A stretch of 64,000 nucleotides of DNA. Source: Rebecca billardiae RCC1528. Its lineage: Eukaryota; Protista; Haptophyta. Shown in pieces: positions 58,197-64,000 of this stretch (its first letter is position 1; every line of letters starts with the position of its first letter). Both the position numbers and the translations under genes were made by a program. Where the stretch lies: the NCBI GenBank assembly GCA_965240325.2, contig OZ251222.1, positions 2,356,001 through 2,420,000 on the forward strand. Reading direction: 5' to 3'. The notes under the pieces were generated by a model. That model had not been told where the DNA came from, did not search any database, and saw only the letters and a list, made by a program, of their open reading frames with translations.

Positions 58197-59615
58197 CCCG
58201 CCAGCGGAGCATCGGGCAAGACCCAGACCCTCCGCCGGCGGAGATTTTTGTGGCCACGAAAAATCCCCGCTGGCGGAGCATGGAATGCTCCGCTGGCGGA
58301 GCCTGGGCTTGCAGGATTGACACAACAAACTAGTTATACCAGAAGTCTGTCAACCACCGAACAGCAGTCACCTCCGCTGGTGGAGCTCGCTAATGAGCCA
58401 TGCCTTTGTAAACTAATACACTCGGCACTTGAACTGAGCTCCGCTGGCGGAGCTTCGGGGGCGCCGAATGCCATTCTTGATGACCCACCTGACTTGAACT
58501 GAGCTCCGCTGGCGGAGCGTCGGTGGTCAGCGCCGTGTGTCATATTGGAGAAATAATGCTAAGCCTTTCAACGCATTCATACTCTGCGCTGTGCCACACA
58601 TTCAACCTCCGCTGGCGGAGCTCACTGGCCTATTCGACTTGAACTGAGCTCCACTGGTGGAGCCTCGGCTGCGCCGAATGTCCTAATGTCCTTAATCGAT
58701 GACCCACTCTCGACTTGAGCTGAGCTCCCCTGGCGGAGCTTTGGTGGCGCCGCATGCCATATTGGAGTAACGCGGAAGCGTCAACCGTAGTCATATCTAT
58801 ATTGAGACTCAACCTCCGCTGGCGGAGCTCGCGGACCTACTAGTATTCAACTTTAACTGAGCTCCGCTGGCGGAGCCTCGGCTGTGTCGAATGTCCTTAT
58901 CGATGGCCGACGTCTTGACTTGAGCTGAGCTCCGCTGGCGGAGCTTTGGTGGCGCAGCATGCCATTTATGGGAATAATGTGAAGCCGTTAACCATAATCA
59001 TATCCATATTGACACTCAACCTCCGCTGGCGGAGCTCACGGACCTATTCGACTTGAGCTGAGCTCCGCTGGCGGAGCTTTGGTGGCGCCGCATATCATAT
59101 TGGAGTAATGCGAAGCCGTCAACCGTAATCATATATCCATATTGATACTCAACCTCCGCTGGCGGAGCTCACGGACCTATTCGACTTGAACTGAGCTCCG
59201 CTGGCGGAGCCTCGGCTCCGCCGAATGTCCTTATCGATGGCCCACGTCTTGACTTGAGCTGAGCTCCGCTGGCGGAGCTTTGGTGGCGCCGCATGTCATA
59301 TTGGAGTAATGCAAAGCCGTTAACTACCGTAATCATATCCATATTGACACTCAACCTCCGCTGGCGGAGCTCGCGGGCCTATTCAACTTGAACTGAGCTC
59401 CGCTGGCGGAGCCTCGGCTGCGCCGAATGTCCTTATCGACATCTGGCCCACGACTTGACTTGAGCTGAGCTCCGCTGGCGGAGCTTTGGTGGCGCCGAAT
59501 GTCATATTGGAGTAATGCGAAGTCGTTAACCGTAATACTATCCATATTGACACTCAACCTCCGCTGGCGGAGCTCACGGACGTATTCAACTTGAACTGAG
59601 CTCCGCTGGCGGAGC
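58197..59615. repeat. Subterminal array of the near-palindrome CTCCGCTGGCGGAG (>20 copies), in ~200-bp three-part units
   Basis: Units begin at about 58606, 58813, 59020, 59153, 59355 and 59558; the unit at 59020 lacks its middle part. Confidence 0.92.
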
Positions 59616-60219
59616 CTCTGCTTGTGGTTTGCTGCAATTGGGGCTGGGCAGCCTGGGCTCAGCATGGGGCAGCTGTTCACAGCCCAGGCGGGGCGTCACC
59701 GCCTGTGAGCCGTCGGTGGGCAGGGCCGACGGCGTCGCAGAGCTCATGCGTGGGAGCAGCGCGTCGAGGAAGCGATCAAGGTCGAGAAGGAAGGGGCAAG
59801 CAGCAGGGGCTGCCTGTACGTTTGTACATGCCTCCACACCGGTGCACATCACCCTTGCTCACTGCAGTCGTGAACAGTGCTGCCACTCATCTCATCATCG
59901 CTCACCATGCAGTGACGGCCGAGCTGCGGCGAACTCTCACAGGCACCGAACACGCATCGGCTGTGCCCGCTGGTGCTGGCATGCGCTGTCCTCTACTTGC
60001 TGTCGGACAGCAAGGAGACGGCACAGCCGCATCTGCGAGCGGGCGAGGTGATGCTGTCCAGTGTCCTCTGCTCAGCGAGGCTGAGAGGCTGAGCACGGAT
60101 CACGGATAGTGAGCCCTGGTATCTCAACGCATCCAGGAGAGCAGTTGGTGCATGCCTGTGCTCAGACGTGCAGGACCAACCATCCGGTGCTGATTCAAGC
60201 ACCCGCGCCAACAGCGGCG

Positions 60220-61110
60220 GCACTCAACTCCACGCTGCTGATGCGGCCGCACAGCTGCAGGGATGGTACCACGGCGGGCGACGGCGGGCGCTGCAGCTGG
60301 CAGCTCGGTGGTGCCTGCCCGATGGGCCTGGGCGCCGGGCGCACCGAGCGCGATGACGCCTCTCGCATCGCCCAGCGCGCTGGAGCCGCTGTCATCCGAC
60401 GCTGCTGTGCCCGCGCCCAGCTTGGGCTGCAGCAGCTGCGCTCGACTCCGCGCCGAGTGCGGCGGCAGCAGCGGGGATGGTGCCACCGCGGGCTGCGGCA
60501 GGCGCTGCAGCTGGCAGCTCGGTGGTGCGCGCCCGATGGGCCTGGGCGCTGGGCGCAGCGAGCGCGGTGACGTTGCTCGCCTCGCCCAGCGCGCTGGAGC
60601 CGCTGCCACCGGGCGCTGCTGTGCCCGCGTCGAGCGTGGGCTGCCGCAGCTGCGCTCGACTCCGCGCCGAGTGCGGTGGCAGCAGGGATGTTGCCACGTC
60701 GGGCGGCGGCTATCACTTTGGCTGGCAGCTCGGTGGTGCCTGCCCGAGGGGCCTGGGCGGTGGACGCACCGAGCGCGATGACGTTGCTCGCCTCGCCCAG
60801 CGCGCTGGAGCCGTTTGCCATCCGGCGCTGCGGTGTCCGCGCCCAGCCGGAGCAGCACGAGGTGCGCTCGACTCCGCACCCGTGCGGCGGCAGCAGCAGG
60901 GATTGTACCACGGCGAGCGGCGGCAGTCGCTGCAGCTGGTAGCTCGACGGTGCCTGCCCAAGGGGCCTGGGCGACGGACGCGCCGAGCGAGCTGACGCCC
61001 CTCGCTTCCCCTATCACGCTCGAGCCGCTGCCATTTGATGCTGCTGAACCGTTCGGGCAGCTGCGGACTGTGCGCTCGACTCCACGCCGCGTGCGGCCGC
61101 AGGCAGCAGC
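60220..61110. repeat. ~214-bp GC-rich tandem repeat (~4 copies) in the left arm
   Basis: Recurrent GCAGCTCGGTGGTGC...GGGCCTGGGCG...GCGCTGGAGCCG; ORF starts offset by 214 (60263 and 60477). Confidence 0.8.
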
Positions 61111-61969
61111 AGCAGCAGGCTGGTAATTAACAGCTGCTGCTCAGATCTCCGTGACTGCTCGGTTGCTGCGTATGAGCCAGGTGAGTGAGCCGCTGAGTCG
61201 CAGGGGCCGCGTGAATTGACTTGCGACCGCACGCCGGTATATAGGCTTAAGACGGCGTACGTCCGAGTCCCGATCAGCAGCGCAGGAGTTTTGAGAACGC
61301 GGTGACGAGTCACACGCAGCTACTCTTCTTATGATGGCGCTATACTTTTTTCTGTACGTAGTAGTAGTAGGTTACGACTACGCTGCCGGCCTCGCCCTCA
61401 GCATTACATTGACGGCGTATGGTAGCGCAGGTCCGCCTGATGACCGTTTTATTGCGCGTCTTCATGATGATGATGACGATATGACGATAACGACTCCTCC
61501 GACTCCTGAGTCACATAAGTGTGACACCGCCACTGGATGACACGGGCTACTTACGTACTCAGCTCAGATCATGCGCGCCTGCTACTCGTAGTCGGGCTCC
61601 GGTCAGCGGGGAGCGCGCGGCGCATCATCATCATCAGTCGCGCTATCTGATGCATATCCGCGGCGCAGTGATGTCGTAGTACTGATGATGCGTGCGCTGA
61701 GATCTGGGCCGCGGCACTTCGGCGCGCCTTGCTCGGCCTCACCGACGCCGGGCCGTACTTGTTCGCGCGCCCGGCGCCGGGCTAGCTCAAAGAGCTGACC
61801 GCAGCGGCCCCCGTGCCCCGGAAGGCCTGCGGCCCTCACAGGTCATTGGCAGGCAGCAGTGTCCGGGGCTGAGGCCTGCCGGGTTCTCCCCGATTCGAAT
61901 TCACCAATGTGACCGATGGTACCGCCTGCTGCCGTCAGCCGGCGGAAGAAGTGTCACAACGGCTGCTGC

Positions 61970-62915
61970 TGGCCAGCATATCGGACGCGTGCATCGGCGT
62001 CACCGCATTGGGCGCGTCTGCCGCCCAGGCCCCTCGCGCGCACACAACCGAGCTGATCGCTGCATCCACCTCCGCCGCAGCCAGTGGCGCCTTCCCTGCT
62101 GCTGCAGCCACAATCGGCGCGGAGTCCAGCGCAGCTGCTGCTGCCTAGGCCGGTCACGCCCCTCGGGCGCGCACCACCGAGCTGCCAGCTGCATCGACCG
62201 CCACCACCCGCCGAGGCATCATCCCTCCCACTGGCGCGGAGTCGAGCGCAGCTGCCAGCTGTGACAGCTAGCTGCCCCGGCGGGGCGCGGAGCCGCGGAC
62301 ACCGCAGCGCCGGATGGCAGCGGCTCCAGCGCGCTGGGCGAGGCGAGCAACGTCATCGCGCTCGGTGCGTCCACCGCCCAGGCCCCTCGGGCAGGCACCA
62401 CCGAGCTGCCAGCCAAAGTGATAGCCGCCGCCCGCGTGGTACCATCCCTGCTGCTGCCGCCGCACTCGGCGAGGAGTTGAGTGCAGCTGCGGCAGCCCAA
62501 GCTGGGCGCGGGCAGCGCAGCGCGCGATGGCAGCGGCTCCAGCGCGCTGGGCGAGGCGAGCAGCGTCACCGCGCTCGCTGTGCCCAGCGCCCAGGCCCAT
62601 CGGGCGCGCACCACCGAGCTGCCAGCCGCAGCGCCTGCCGCAGCCCGCGGTGGCACCATCCCCGCTGCTGCCGCCGCACTCGGCGCGGAGTCGAGCGCAG
62701 CTGCTGCAGCCCAAGCTGGGCGCGGGCACAGCAGCATCGGATGACAGCGGCTCCAGCGCGCTAGGCGATGCGAGAGGCGTCATCGCGCTCGGTGCGCCCG
62801 GCGCCCAGGCCCCTCGGGCAGGCACCACCGAGCTGCCAGCTGCAGCGCCCGCCGTCGCCCGCCGTGGTACCATCCCTGCAGCTGTGCGGCCGCATCAGCA
62901 GCGTGGAGTTGAGTG
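61970..62915. repeat. Inverted copy of the ~214-bp tandem repeat in the right arm
   Basis: Reverse complement of the 60220-61110 units; the innermost copies are diverged. Confidence 0.8.
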
Positions 62916-63520
62916 CCGCCGCTGTTGGCGCGGGTGCTTGAATCAGCACCGGATGGTTGGTCCTGCACGTCTGAGCACAGGCATGCACCAACTGCTCTCC
63001 TGGATGCGTTGAGATACCAGGGCTCACTATCCGTGATCCGTGCTCAGCCTCTCAGCCTCGCTGAGCAGAGGACACTGGACAGCATCACCTCGCCCGCTCG
63101 CAGATGCGGCTGTGCCGTCTCCTTGCTGTCCGACAGCAAGTAGAGGACAGCGCATACCAGCACCAGCGGGCACAGCCGATGCGTGTTCGGTGCCTGTGAG
63201 AGTTCGCCGCAGCTCGGCCGTCACTGCATGGTGAGCGATGATGAGATGAGTGGCAGCACTGTTCACGACTGCAGTGAGCAAGGGTGATGTGCACCGGTGT
63301 GGAGGCATGTACAAACGTACAGGCAGCCCCTGCTGCTTGCCCCTTCCTTCTCGACCTTGATCGCTTCCTCGACGCGCTGCTCCCACGCATGAGCTCTGCG
63401 ACGCCGTCGGCCCTGCCCACCGACGGCTCACAGGCGGTGACGCCCCGCCTGGGCTGTGAACAGCTGCCCCATGCTGAGCCCAGGCTGCCCAGCCCCAATT
63501 GCAGCAAACCACAAGCAGAG

Positions 63521-64000
63521 GCTCCGCCAGCGGAGCTCAGTTCAAGTTGAATAGGCCCGTGAGCTCCGCCAGCGGAGGTTGAGTGTCAATATGGATAGTA
63601 TTACGGTTAACGACTTCGCATTACTCCAATATGACATTCGGCGCCACCAAAGCTCCGCCAGCGGAGCTCAGCTCAAGTCAAGTCGTGGGCCATCGATAAG
63701 GACATTCGGCGCAGCCGAGGCTCCGCCAGCGGAGCTCAGTTCAAGTTGAATAGGCCCGCGAGCTCCGCCAGCGGAGGTTGAGTGTCAATATGGATATGAT
63801 TACGGTAGTTAACGGCTTTGCATTACTCCAATATGACATGCGGCGCCACCAAAGCTCCGCCAGCGGAGCTCAGCTCAAGTCAAGTGGGCCATCGATAAGG
63901 ACATTCGGCGCAGCCGAGGCTCCGCCAGCGGAGCTCAGTTCAAGTTGAATAGGCCCGCGAGCTCCGCCAGCGGAGGTTGAGTGTCAATATGGATATGATT
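63521..64000. repeat. Inverted copy of the CTCCGCCAGCGGAG subterminal array
   Basis: Reverse complement of about 59136-59615 with small indels. Confidence 0.9.

Larger units (their letters stand above)
58183..64000. mobile_element. Non-autonomous CACTA (En/Spm)-like element with long inverted arms; right end beyond window
   Basis: Begins CACTACAAAAAA, followed at once by dense subterminal repeats; 59136-60841 is inverted at 62294-64000; no transposase seen. Confidence 0.75.

Noticed and set aside
54263-58333. Long antisense ORFs (628, 410 and 364 aa, and similar ones over other genes)
   Set aside because: Shadow frames of real GC3-rich genes.
58197-59615. CRISPR array
   Set aside because: The spacers recur in a fixed cycle and vary widely in length; no cas genes; eukaryotic context; explained as subterminal repeats.
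61615-61655. Resemblance to the 417-bp monomer (GCGCATCATC..TCAGTCGCGC)
   Set aside because: Short, partly a CAT microsatellite, and does not extend; probably chance.
60109-63027. Ala-rich repeat protein in the ~214-bp repeats
   Set aside because: The period is not a multiple of 3, frames shift and stop between units, and the sequence is mirrored on both strands.

Overview
GC-rich eukaryotic nuclear DNA. Short GT-AG introns and signal+transit-peptide plastid proteins point to an alga with a complex plastid, plausibly a haptophyte (inference). Bases 1-34505 are a head-to-tail array of a TA-flanked IS630/Tc1/mariner-type element ('A'): one partial and three complete copies. Each complete copy has 9-bp TIRs (AGTGAGCAG...CTGCTCACT), an intact 433-aa transposase with an unusual DD47E spacing, and an internal satellite of 17-22 x 417-bp monomers arranged in a 4-mer higher-order repeat. 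Each monomer carries motifs that match the element's own ends. A separate 790-bp TA-flanked segment ('B') follows three of the four A right ends, while one A/A junction is an exact empty site with a single TA. Bases 34.5-58 kb are compact host genes, often in head-to-head pairs: putative glycosyltransferase-like protein, sulfotransferase, plastid PDZ protein, SVOP-like MFS transporter, RIIa-D/D + EF-hand protein, MAP2K, unknown thylakoid protein, CCB3, RNase HI-SAP, RRP1/Nop52 and a DHHC palmitoyltransferase. They are interrupted by a 2-kb element with 51-bp TIRs and a 1-kb foldback element with a 7-bp TSD. From 58183 to the end is a non-autonomous CACTA-like element with palindromic subterminal repeats and inverted arms of at least 1.7 kb. 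All calls were made by eye; no database searches were run.
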